From a virus (taxonomy: Duplodnaviria > Caudoviricetes): DNA of 29,572 nucleotides. Below are positions 16,241 to 23,452 of this stretch, in pieces. The notes under the pieces were generated by a model. The model ran no database searches. It saw nothing but the letters and a program-made list of their open reading frames with translations, and was not told the DNA's origin. Location: the IMG/VR virus record IMGVR_UViG_3300037560_000082, positions 1 through 29,572 of that record, one strand, 5' to 3'. The stretch's first letter is position 1, and every line of letters starts with the position of its first letter. The position numbers and the translations under genes are program-made.

Positions 16241-16303
16241 CTTGCAATCCTGTAGTCAATGCTCTATTGTCTCACCTGGGTACATTCAGTCAAGGAGTAA
16301 GAC
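16241..16303 (+). promoter_or_regulatory. Early promoter plus leader motif 1
   Basis: TTGCAA-N17-TATTGT-N7-GGGTACATTC-AGTCAA-GGAG. Confidence 0.7.
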
Positions 16304-16474
16304 ATGGAAATCTTTTGTGCAATCGCTGTGATTTACGTCACGCTCGACCTCGCCGCCTCCGCGTATGTTGTTATAAAGCGCGGCGGCTTCAAAGCCACCA
16401 TCGCTGACATACGCCAGAACCTTGGCCTCGTAAGGGATACAGAGGAAGAAGACGATGTTCACGATCGATGGTGA
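16304..16474 (+). CDS. Small membrane protein (56 aa)
   Basis: Manual translation: MEIFCAIAVIYVTLDLAASAYVVIKRGGF...EEEDDVHDRW. SD AAGGAG. Confidence 0.65.
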   Translation: MEIFCAIAVIYVTLDLAASAYVVIKRGGFKATIADIRQNLGLVRDTEEEDDVHDRW

Positions 16475-16595
16475 GGGAGACCAATACCCAGATTTCTGGG
16501 TCATCCTGGGTGTTGCCAAGCAGTTAAGCGTTGATCTGGGCCGTAGCGTCACGATCTACAAAAACGGCAAACCCTTCAAATTTCTGCGCTACTAA
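16455..16595 (+). CDS. Small hypothetical protein (46 aa)
   Basis: Manual translation: MFTIDGEGDQYPDFWVILGVAKQLSVDLGRSVTIYKNGKPFKFLRY. Ends before the terminator. Confidence 0.55.
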   Translation: MFTIDGEGDQYPDFWVILGVAKQLSVDLGRSVTIYKNGKPFKFLRY

Positions 16596-16613
16596 ATAGC
16601 GCCATTTCTCTCC

Positions 16614-16636
16614 AGGGGCCTTCGGGCCCCTTTTTT
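16614..16636 (+). terminator. Rho-independent terminator
   Basis: GGGGCC-TTCG-GGCCCC-TTTTTT. Confidence 0.9.
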
Positions 16637-16650
16637 ATTGTCAAATTCCC

Positions 16651-16714
16651 CTTGCAATCCTGTGGTCACTGTGGCCTAATCGATCCTGGGTACAGTCAAT
16701 CAATGGAGTCAAAT
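16651..16714 (+). promoter_or_regulatory. Early promoter plus leader motif 2
   Basis: TTGCAA-N17-CCTAAT-N7-GGGTACAGTC-AATCAAT-GGAGTC. Near copy of 16241-16303. Confidence 0.65.
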
Positions 16715-17158
16715 ATGTTCCACAACATCGTAGAAGCACTCGCAGCAGCCAGCCCAGGTGGGCCAGTTCATGTCAGTCCCAGGATCGCGATCGGCCCGAA
16801 GGTTGGCCGCATCGTCGCCATCCGTCAAAATTCCGGACCACGGCACAAGCCTGGCACTTTCAATCTCTCGTTCTCTGACAGCAAGGTCGATCTTCGCACC
16901 ACCGAAGGCGACACGCTCTACAACGTGCCTCGCGAGAGGGTCGTCAACACGATCGCCGCTTTCTTCGATGGCAGCCGCACCGACGAATGCAGCAACGAGT
17001 TCGATCAGTTTATCAACCAGGCAGTGCGCGAGTGCATGGTCGTCAAGACCACACCAACCAGGTGCCGCATCGAGTACGAAATGCCGAACTCCGGCATCGT
17101 CGGTGCCTGGCGGCATCAGACCACCGTTGGTGGATTCACCTACGTCGCATCCTGGTAA
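16715..17158 (+). CDS. Hypothetical early protein
   Basis: ATG at 16715 after GGAG. C-terminal motif RCRIEYEMPNSG. Confidence 0.7.
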   Translation: MFHNIVEALAAASPGGPVHVSPRIAIGPKVGRIVAIRQNSGPRHKPGTFNLSFSDSKVDLRTTEGDTLYNVPRERVVNTIAAFFDGSRTDECSNEFDQFINQAVRECMVVKTTPTRCRIEYEMPNSGIVGAWRHQTTVGGFTYVASW

Positions 17159-17238
17159 ATGCAGCCAGTAGGGCACTCTCGCCAGTGCCCCTCTGAGTGC
17201 AATATCGCACTGCTCAATCCATATAGGAGGATTGAATT

Positions 17239-18366
17239 ATGAAAGCTGGAATGTCACTTGAAGCATTACTCTCGGAAGTCCAGCGGCAAAACTCTGTCAA
17301 GAGAGACTTCACGACTTCGACCGAAGACAATGTACGCATGGTCGAAGCTGAAGATCTCCCGAACAAAGTTGCCGTTGTGATGTTGAAGGATGGTGCTGCT
17401 GAGCTTGAGCGTTTCGCTGTATCGGAGCAAGCACACAAGCAGATCGCAGCTCGCCTGAACATCCCCAGTCGCTACTACTTGCGGCTGTTGGCTGATCACC
17501 GGGATCTCGTCGTCCACCAGGTAAACGCTCTGTTCGAGCGGGAACCGGCATCTCGCCTGTTCCGCACCCTGGATGGCACCCTTCGCGCCTTTTTGTCTGA
17601 TCGCTACCTGCGCCTGGACAACAACGATGTCCTGGAGCAAACGCTTCCGGCGATCGTCAAGGGCGAGTTGGAAACTCAACTGCTCAGCACCAATGTCGGT
17701 GAGAATAAGATGCACATGAAGGTCTTGTTCACTGGCGATGAGCTGGCCCACGAAGTTACTTCGCGCACCAAGGATGGATCCACCAGGATCATCCGCCCAG
17801 GATTCCGCATGTCCAATTCGGAAACTGGTCAGGGCACCTTGGCGATCGAAGGCTTCTTCTACGATGGTTACTGCTTGAACGGCTGCGTCTTCGGCCAGAT
17901 CGAAGCGTTCAGCTTCAAGCGCACCCATCTTGGTGGCCGACTGATCGAAGGCGTGGACTTCGAGGTACTGTCTGACCAGTCTCGTGAGCTGGAAGACAAG
18001 GCAATCATCAGCCAGGTATCCGATGTCATGACCGCGCTGGCCAATCCTGAGTTCGCTCAGAAGATGGTCACTCGCCTTCGTGCCACGACCGAGACTGGCG
18101 ATGTCCAAAGCCCGATCGGTGCAGTTGACTTGGCAGTGAAAGAGCTGGATCTGCGTGAGGATGAGAAAGAATCCATCCTCACTACGTTCATCGAAGATCG
18201 CGACTACTCGCAATGGGGCCTGGCATCTGCCATCACCCAGGTTGCGAACAAAGAAGCGACCACGTATGAGCGGTCCTGCGAGCTGGAAAATGTCGGTGCC
18301 AACGTCATCGACCTGAACCAGATTCAATGGAACAGGTTCGTACAGGCGGAGAAGATTGCCGCCTGA
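17239..18366 (+). CDS. DUF932-like phage protein
   Basis: MKAGMSLEALLSEVQRQNSVKRDF...RTLDGTLRAFLSDRYLRLDN...SNSETGQG...CLNG. SD AGGAGG. Confidence 0.75.
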   Translation: MKAGMSLEALLSEVQRQNSVKRDFTTSTEDNVRMVEAEDLPNKVAVVMLKDGAAELERFAVSEQAHKQIAARLNIPSRYYLRLLADHRDLVVHQVNALFEREPASRLFRTLDGTLRAFLSDRYLRLDNNDVLEQTLPAIVKGELETQLLSTNVGENKMHMKVLFTGDELAHEVTSRTKDGSTRIIRPGFRMSNSETGQGTLAIEGFFYDGYCLNGCVFGQIEAFSFKRTHLGGRLIEGVDFEVLSDQSRELEDKAIISQVSDVMTALANPEFAQKMVTRLRATTETGDVQSPIGAVDLAVKELDLREDEKESILTTFIEDRDYSQWGLASAITQVANKEATTYERSCELENVGANVIDLNQIQWNRFVQAEKIAA

Positions 18367-18387
18367 CTCCAGGTGTACCCGCACCGG

Positions 18388-18411
18388 AAGGGGCCTTCGG
18401 GCCCCTTTTTT
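18388..18411 (+). terminator. Rho-independent terminator (identical to 16614-16636)
   Basis: AGGGGCC-TTCG-GGCCCC-TTTTTT. Confidence 0.9.
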
Positions 18412-18435
18412 ATTAGCAGATCTGAATGCAAATTT

Positions 18436-18472
18436 CACCGCAACTGCGGTGGCAACGACCGCAACTGCGGTC
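18436..18472. repeat. Two palindromes with 21-bp period (operator or iteron-like)
   Basis: CACCGCA-AC-TGCGGTG (18436-18451) and GACCGCA-AC-TGCGGTC (18457-18472). Confidence 0.8.
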
Positions 18473-18579
18473 AATCAGCATCGCTGCCAAAATCATCTCG
18501 AAAAAAAAGTTTCAGGCCAATCCGGCTACGCCACCAAAGGGCTCCAGCACCAGTTTTGCCGTTTTGTGATCTTGTCGAG

Positions 18580-18638
18580 ATGTCATGTGGTTGTCTTTCC
18601 TGTATAATGATCATTCGGGTACAGTAATTGGAGTCATT
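18580..18638 (+). promoter_or_regulatory. Early promoter plus leader motif 3
   Basis: ATGTCA-N17-TATAAT-N8-GGGTACAGTA-ATT-GGAGTC. Confidence 0.7.
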
Positions 18639-18905
18639 ATGGAACCGGGAATTTACTACTACCACACCATCGATCAGGACGTGAAGACCTGCCTGGTCGT
18701 TCCGACTGCTCGCAGTCTCCACGTCATCATGATCACTTCTCGTGGCCTGGTAGAGCGGACAAGACCGCTCATCGAGGAGCAATTCATGAAGCCTGCGATG
18801 GACCTGAAGAAAGGGCTGTCGAAGTTCGGCGGCATCGCCAGGCGGACTGGATCCACCAAGGCTGCCAGGACATGGCTGGCCAAAGCCAGGGAGGCAATCT
18901 CATGA
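18639..18905 (+). CDS. Hypothetical early protein
   Basis: MEPGIYYYHT..., SD GGAG. Confidence 0.7.
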   Translation: MEPGIYYYHTIDQDVKTCLVVPTARSLHVIMITSRGLVERTRPLIEEQFMKPAMDLKKGLSKFGGIARRTGSTKAARTWLAKAREAIS

Positions 18906-19150
18906 GCATGAATAAGCCAGCAATCAACAGTGAATGGACCGGATGGGATGGGCTCTACAAAGTCGTAGGTTTCAAAGTGATCCACACTGGGCAGACCGGC
19001 GTTGAACTGGTTCGCTTCATCAAGACCAGGAAAACGTGGGCAAAGACTCCGGTCTGCTTCAGCTACTTGGATGAGGTCACAGACACAAAAGAATACGGCA
19101 CGAGTCCGCAGTTCTTCACCATTTTCACAGCTTCCGGAGAACACTCATGA
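18902..19150 (+). CDS. Hypothetical protein
   Basis: ATGA overlap, SD GGAGG. Confidence 0.6.
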   Translation: MSMNKPAINSEWTGWDGLYKVVGFKVIHTGQTGVELVRFIKTRKTWAKTPVCFSYLDEVTDTKEYGTSPQFFTIFTASGEHS

Positions 19151-19356
19151 GTGAACGTAAGCAAGAAATTACCAAGCGCATCAATCGCGCCTGGAGAGCT
19201 TCCGATCAGAAGATCGATTGGCTTGGTCTGGAGACCACGTTAAGGCTGATCGTGAGAGACGCGAGCCCACCGACACCGGAGCTGCGACAAATAGATGAAG
19301 CCATCGCAGCATTCACCAGGCGCGGCAATGAGTATTCAGATACGGAGGTGTTATGA
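19147..19356 (+). CDS. Hypothetical protein
   Basis: ATGA overlap, SD GGAG. Confidence 0.6.
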   Translation: MSERKQEITKRINRAWRASDQKIDWLGLETTLRLIVRDASPPTPELRQIDEAIAAFTRRGNEYSDTEVL

Positions 19357-19619
19357 GACCGAAGATGAGTGGAGTCTGGACCGAACACAACCTCACCGAG
19401 AGCATGCTGAAGCAACTGGCCGCAGCAGCCAATCGCGAGGATGGAAGTTTATATCCTGGCATCGGCTATGGTGCGCCATCCAGTCGTGCAGCACTTTTCC
19501 TCAGAGGGCTTGCGGTCAATGCCGCAGGTGACTGTAAGGAATATCCCGGATGCAGGGATGACCGCATCAACGACGCTGGCCGGAAGGCCCTCGAAGACGC
19601 CCGCAAGGAGGGCTGGTAA
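19353..19619 (+). CDS. Hypothetical protein (possible winged-helix-like)
   Basis: LTESMLKQL...ALFLRGLA...RINDAGRKAL. SD GGAGG. Confidence 0.6.
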   Translation: MRPKMSGVWTEHNLTESMLKQLAAAANREDGSLYPGIGYGAPSSRAALFLRGLAVNAAGDCKEYPGCRDDRINDAGRKALEDARKEGW

Positions 19620-20506
19620 TGAAACAACTTTTCGTAGAGAAAAACTTCAAGCAGGCATCGATAGACATCATCTACGATGCCAATCTGATCATCGAGGAGT
19701 ATCGCACCCAGGGATTCATCCTGACGTTGCGCCAGCTCTACTATCAGTTCGTCGCCAGGGACTTGCTACCGAACACACAGCGGTCCTACAAGCGCCTGGG
19801 CTCGATCATCAACGACGCCCGGCTGGCTGGCCTGGTGGACTGGCAGTCGATCGAGGATCGCACCAGGAACCTCAAGTCGAACTACCACTACGAGAATCCA
19901 CGGCAAGCTATCCAGGATGCACTCGACACCTACGAGATTGATATGTGGGAGAACCAGGCTCAGCGTGTCGAGGTGTGGATCGAGAAGAACGCATTGGTCG
20001 GCATCATTGATGGTGTCTGCCGTGAGATGGATGTGCCGTACTTTGCCTGCATCGGTTACGTCTCTCAGTCGGAGCAGTGGCGAGCCTATCAACGTGCCAG
20101 GCACTACGAGCTTGGTCGGAACCAGACCACAGTGATCCTGCACTTCGGAGACCATGACCCATCCGGCATTGACATGACCAGGGACAACCAGGACAGGCTC
20201 AATATCTTCATGGGCTGGGAAGCAGTGAAGGTCAAGCGCCTGGCATTGAACTGGGATCAGATCGAGGAGTTCAATCCTCCGCCCAACCCGGCCAAGATAA
20301 GAGATAGCCGGTTCGCCAAATACGCTGAGCAGTACGGAGATAAGAGCTGGGAGTTGGATGCTCTGGAGCCCAGCGTCATGACCGACCTGATCCGCAAGCA
20401 TGTAGAAGAACACCGTGACCCAGATCTCTGGGAAGCGAAAGTCCAGGAGCGGGCTGAGCATACGGACCAGCTCCAGGAAATAATCGACGATATACCACAG
20501 GAGTAA
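19619..20506 (+). CDS. TopoVI subunit A / JetD-like winged-helix plus TOPRIM protein
   Basis: TLRQLYYQ (winged-helix Tyr motif), EVWIEKNAL (TOPRIM Glu), FGDHDPSG (DxD) and WELDAL. Confidence 0.8.
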   Translation: MKQLFVEKNFKQASIDIIYDANLIIEEYRTQGFILTLRQLYYQFVARDLLPNTQRSYKRLGSIINDARLAGLVDWQSIEDRTRNLKSNYHYENPRQAIQDALDTYEIDMWENQAQRVEVWIEKNALVGIIDGVCREMDVPYFACIGYVSQSEQWRAYQRARHYELGRNQTTVILHFGDHDPSGIDMTRDNQDRLNIFMGWEAVKVKRLALNWDQIEEFNPPPNPAKIRDSRFAKYAEQYGDKSWELDALEPSVMTDLIRKHVEEHRDPDLWEAKVQERAEHTDQLQEIIDDIPQE

Positions 20507-20512
20507 GACGAC

Positions 20513-20854
20513 ATGATGTCACTAGAAACGATTGACTTTGTACAACGCAAGGCTGCGAAGGAGGCAGCAGAACAGAAACGAATCCCGTACCTGGTACGAC
20601 GCCGGGATCTCAGCGCCTGGGAGAATGGTCGTGGATTCCCGATCCCGTTCCCGATGCTGGGCGACTACCAGCCGCCAGGATGGACTCCGTATGGCGAGGC
20701 TCTGTTCGTGGATACCTCCGGTTTCGGCGGATCCGATGAGCCCTCCCTGACGATGCCACAGCTCCTGGAGAAGATCGAGCCAGGTGTCGGCTATGCCTTC
20801 ACCCAGCAGGGTCAGTTCCAAGCGTACATCCAGCCCTTCAAGCGGGTGTCGTGA
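20513..20854 (+). CDS. Phage hypothetical protein
   Basis: FPMLGDYQPPGW...FVDTSGFG...GQFQAYI. Confidence 0.7.
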   Translation: MMSLETIDFVQRKAAKEAAEQKRIPYLVRRRDLSAWENGRGFPIPFPMLGDYQPPGWTPYGEALFVDTSGFGGSDEPSLTMPQLLEKIEPGVGYAFTQQGQFQAYIQPFKRVS

Positions 20855-21186
20855 TGCCAGTCATCAACGGCACCCACTACCACGAGAAGACTCCCCAGGA
20901 TGTCATCGATGTCCTGGAGGAGGCTCGTGCCAAGCAGTGGCGCATCCGTGTCCACTACGGCAATACGCTCGTCGGTCAAGACTGGAATGATGAGTACGAT
21001 GTGACCGGCAGAATCGGTCGCTCAATGGGCCCGGTCAAGGTTCCTCTGCTCATCCATAACGCTCGATCCCTGGGAGGTCCAGCAATGCTCGATCACTGCA
21101 TTGTCAGGATCCGGTTTTCTAACTGGCAACGTGATGGCAGGAGCAATCTGTACTGCCATCCGAAGTATCACGGAGAAGCAGCATGA
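20851..21186 (+). CDS. Conserved phage hypothetical protein
   Basis: GTHYHEKTP...RIRVHYG...GRIGRSMG...GGPAMLDHCIVRI. Confidence 0.75.
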   Translation: MMPVINGTHYHEKTPQDVIDVLEEARAKQWRIRVHYGNTLVGQDWNDEYDVTGRIGRSMGPVKVPLLIHNARSLGGPAMLDHCIVRIRFSNWQRDGRSNLYCHPKYHGEAA

Positions 21187-21416
21187 AGCACTTAACCAAA
21201 GATCAGCGCACAGCACTCAAAGCCGTGTTTGATCGCAAGCCCCTGTATCGTGGTGGGAGTGGCGCTGCTCTCATCTGGCACCAGGGAGACAGGCCCATGA
21301 CCTATCGCGAATTTCGCAGGACCGTGATACCTGAGCTTGGCGGATACGGTGCCGCACTGGTTCCATGGTGTGGCATGTGGCTGGGCATCGAGAAAGACGG
21401 TCACACGCATAGCTGA
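21183..21416 (+). CDS. Conserved phage hypothetical protein
   Basis: LTKDQRTALK...YREFRRTV...WCGMWLGIEKDGHTHS. Confidence 0.75.
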   Translation: MKHLTKDQRTALKAVFDRKPLYRGGSGAALIWHQGDRPMTYREFRRTVIPELGGYGAALVPWCGMWLGIEKDGHTHS

Positions 21417-21433
21417 GTGACAGGAGAAATAGC

Positions 21434-21751
21434 ATGAGCAGATCCAGAGCAGAAGTAGACAAGCTGCGAGCTGAGATGAAGCGAGCAGTCCGCTATCGTG
21501 ACGGTCCTGGTCAGATGAACACCATCTACTTGGGAGGCATGGCGACCGCAGCCATGTACTCCTGCCTTGGCAGTTCGATGACACAGGCGATGCGAGACAA
21601 GAAAAGTTTCCAAGTCCTGATCGACGAAGCATCAGATGGGCAGATCGAGGATGCCTGGGAGTACCAGGGATTCCAGTGGATCCTGGAACACTACCGAAGG
21701 GCTGGCTCCAAGCTGTACAGGTTCGATACCACAGCCACCGAGATCGACTAA
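21434..21751 (+). CDS. Hypothetical protein
   Basis: 105 aa, SD AGGAG. Confidence 0.65.
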   Translation: MSRSRAEVDKLRAEMKRAVRYRDGPGQMNTIYLGGMATAAMYSCLGSSMTQAMRDKKSFQVLIDEASDGQIEDAWEYQGFQWILEHYRRAGSKLYRFDTTATEID

Positions 21752-21780
21752 AGAAAAGGGCCCTCGATTGAGGGCCCTTC
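21750..21780 (-). terminator. Terminator between convergent operons (U-tract on the minus strand; possibly bidirectional)
   Basis: AAGGGCCCTC-GATT-GAGGGCCCTT, followed by TTCTTT on the minus strand. Confidence 0.8.
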
Positions 21781-21895
21781 TCGAATAAAGGCGACCGGAG
21801 CATCTTTGCCAGAATTGGCTATCGTGAAAGTGGGTACAGTCGCGGAGCCAGAAAGCGTAGGTTACGCCGGGTCGCCAGGGGTCGGTGCTACTTTA
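21752..21895 (-). ncRNA. Candidate structured antisense RNA (3' UTR or independent)
   Basis: ORF-free gap. Outer stem 21790-21798/21867-21876, inner stem 21816-21820/21846-21850, and an apical loop carrying CUGUACCC complementary to the leader motif. Confidence 0.45.
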
Positions 21896-21937
21896 TTTCA
21901 TCATCAGTGGTCCAGCGGGGCTTGCAATTCGGTGAGG

Positions 21938-22393
21938 TCACAATAGCACAGTCGGTTCCAGTTCAACAACCACCATTCCACCATCTACGATATTGCTCGT
22001 GCGATAGGCATGATGCTCTACGATCTGGTAGTCATCCATAAAAACTCCAGATTTTTGAAGGGCATCCTCCAGCATCTTGAATAGATTAGAGGTATCCCGT
22101 TTCCTCCGATCAGGCGGATAAGTCCAGAACGACATCTTCAATGGACAGCTCCAGTTCCTGGCTGCCCGGTCGCGCATCACAATGGACTGCACGTTGCGAT
22201 GGAACTCCTTCGCCTGGAATGTCGGATACACCTGAACAAATTGCTTGCCCTTGATGAACGGACCAGCAACACGGTGACCGTTATAATGATTGGCGCTTGG
22301 TGGCCAGGGTAACTCCAGTCTCAGCCCAGGTGGCTTTGCACTGGTGTCGCTGACTTCCAGTTCTCGTTGCTCCATAGCTTTGCTTGCTCCCAT
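21938..22393 (-). CDS. rusA: RusA-like Holliday junction resolvase
   Basis: LPWPPSANHY...PPDRRKRDTSNLFKMLEDAL...DDYQI. Confidence 0.9.
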   Translation of the reverse strand: MGASKAMEQRELEVSDTSAKPPGLRLELPWPPSANHYNGHRVAGPFIKGKQFVQVYPTFQAKEFHRNVQSIVMRDRAARNWSCPLKMSFWTYPPDRRKRDTSNLFKMLEDALQKSGVFMDDYQIVEHHAYRTSNIVDGGMVVVELEPTVLL

Positions 22394-22737
22394 ATGTCGT
22401 ATTCGAGCTGTTCATTTACTTCATGCAGGAAGCCGACCTGGCTTCCGAATGTCCTTTCCCACTCAACCACTCCAGAAGATCCATCGATGCCCATAGGTCC
22501 AACGTGATACTTCAGAATGATCGGGATCTGGAAGAACGGATTGTTGCGTTCACCCATGCCTGGATTCTGAAACGCAGGGCCGAGACTCAACATGGATCCA
22601 CCATGGCAGTGATGCAGCGTCACCGGATACAACATGCTCACCATGCAACGCAACTGACGCAGGTTCTTCTCGTGGCGACTGACGCTAATCTTCTTCGGTG
22701 GATCGCCACTCGCTATAAGGTCTCCTGATTCGGTCAT
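22321..22737 (-). CDS. Ref/DUF968-like HNH-type protein (some Cys residues lost)
   Basis: LRCMVS...TLHHCHG...GMG...IPIILKYH...WERTFGSQ. Confidence 0.55.
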   Translation of the reverse strand: MTESGDLIASGDPPKKISVSRHEKNLRQLRCMVSMLYPVTLHHCHGGSMLSLGPAFQNPGMGERNNPFFQIPIILKYHVGPMGIDGSSGVVEWERTFGSQVGFLHEVNEQLEYDIWEQAKLWSNENWKSATPVQSHLG

Positions 22738-23452
22738 GGCACACCTCGCATGCTCTCTGGTCGTGCTTGAAATCGGCCCTGGATCCTATGTTGCACACCC
22801 ATCGAATCCACCTGGCCACGTAATCCCTACCTGGAGTGCGCCACCACTCCGGACTTCTGTATTCATTGTCTGGAAACTTTGCGGTCTCCGACAGCCACTG
22901 ATGAAACAGTCGATCGTTGTCTCTGGTGGCTGTCCATTTTGTCAGCGGATGCGTCTGCGTGACTGACCGCTCAATTCGCGCTCGCTTCTCCTGGTTGATC
23001 GGAAAGTCGTCGTCGTCCAGCTCGACGAATGCAGCCTCGAACAGATCGCCTGGTTCGTTGCCATGCCTTCCAGCACACCCGGAGAACGGATGGCTGTCGG
23101 CCTCATCATCCATCCAGAACCGCACCCACATTCCCTGGCCCAGTGGATTGCCGCCACCTGCCAGCATCACCTCTCCCTGGAAGAACACCTCCTCATCACC
23201 GACCCTGGTAATGGCTACCATGAACCTGGTGCCGACACGATTGCCTCGCCGCCTGACGAACTGCATGAATGGATGGATCAGGATCGGCCCGTTGTCATTC
23301 ACCAGGCGGAACTTCACCGTCCTGCCTGAGTTCAGCTTCCACTCTGCGTCGATCAATTCCAAGCCGCCCTTGTGGGCAATGATCGGTAGCGTTTTAGAAG
23401 CTATCGTCGAAGCTGTCTCGACTTCTTGACCTGCGACCTGAGTGTCGGTCAT
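22685..23452 (-). CDS. Phage hypothetical protein with internal duplication
   Basis: ATG at 23452 after AGGAG. Two units of V.F.(L/M)...HPF...G..F..A followed by FHQWL...ICNIGSRADF-like C-terminus. Confidence 0.7.
   Translation of the reverse strand: MTDTQVAGQEVETASTIASKTLPIIAHKGGLELIDAEWKLNSGRTVKFRLVNDNGPILIHPFMQFVRRRGNRVGTRFMVAITRVGDEEVFFQGEVMLAGGGNPLGQGMWVRFWMDDEADSHPFSGCAGRHGNEPGDLFEAAFVELDDDDFPINQEKRARIERSVTQTHPLTKWTATRDNDRLFHQWLSETAKFPDNEYRSPEWWRTPGRDYVARWIRWVCNIGSRADFKHDQRACEVCHDRIRRPYSEWRSTEED

Noticed and set aside
17266-18474. 402-aa minus-strand ORF, and similar long opposite-strand ORFs such as 13051-13998 and 19766-20461
   Set aside because: Antisense shadows of well-supported genes, with no motifs or convincing RBS.
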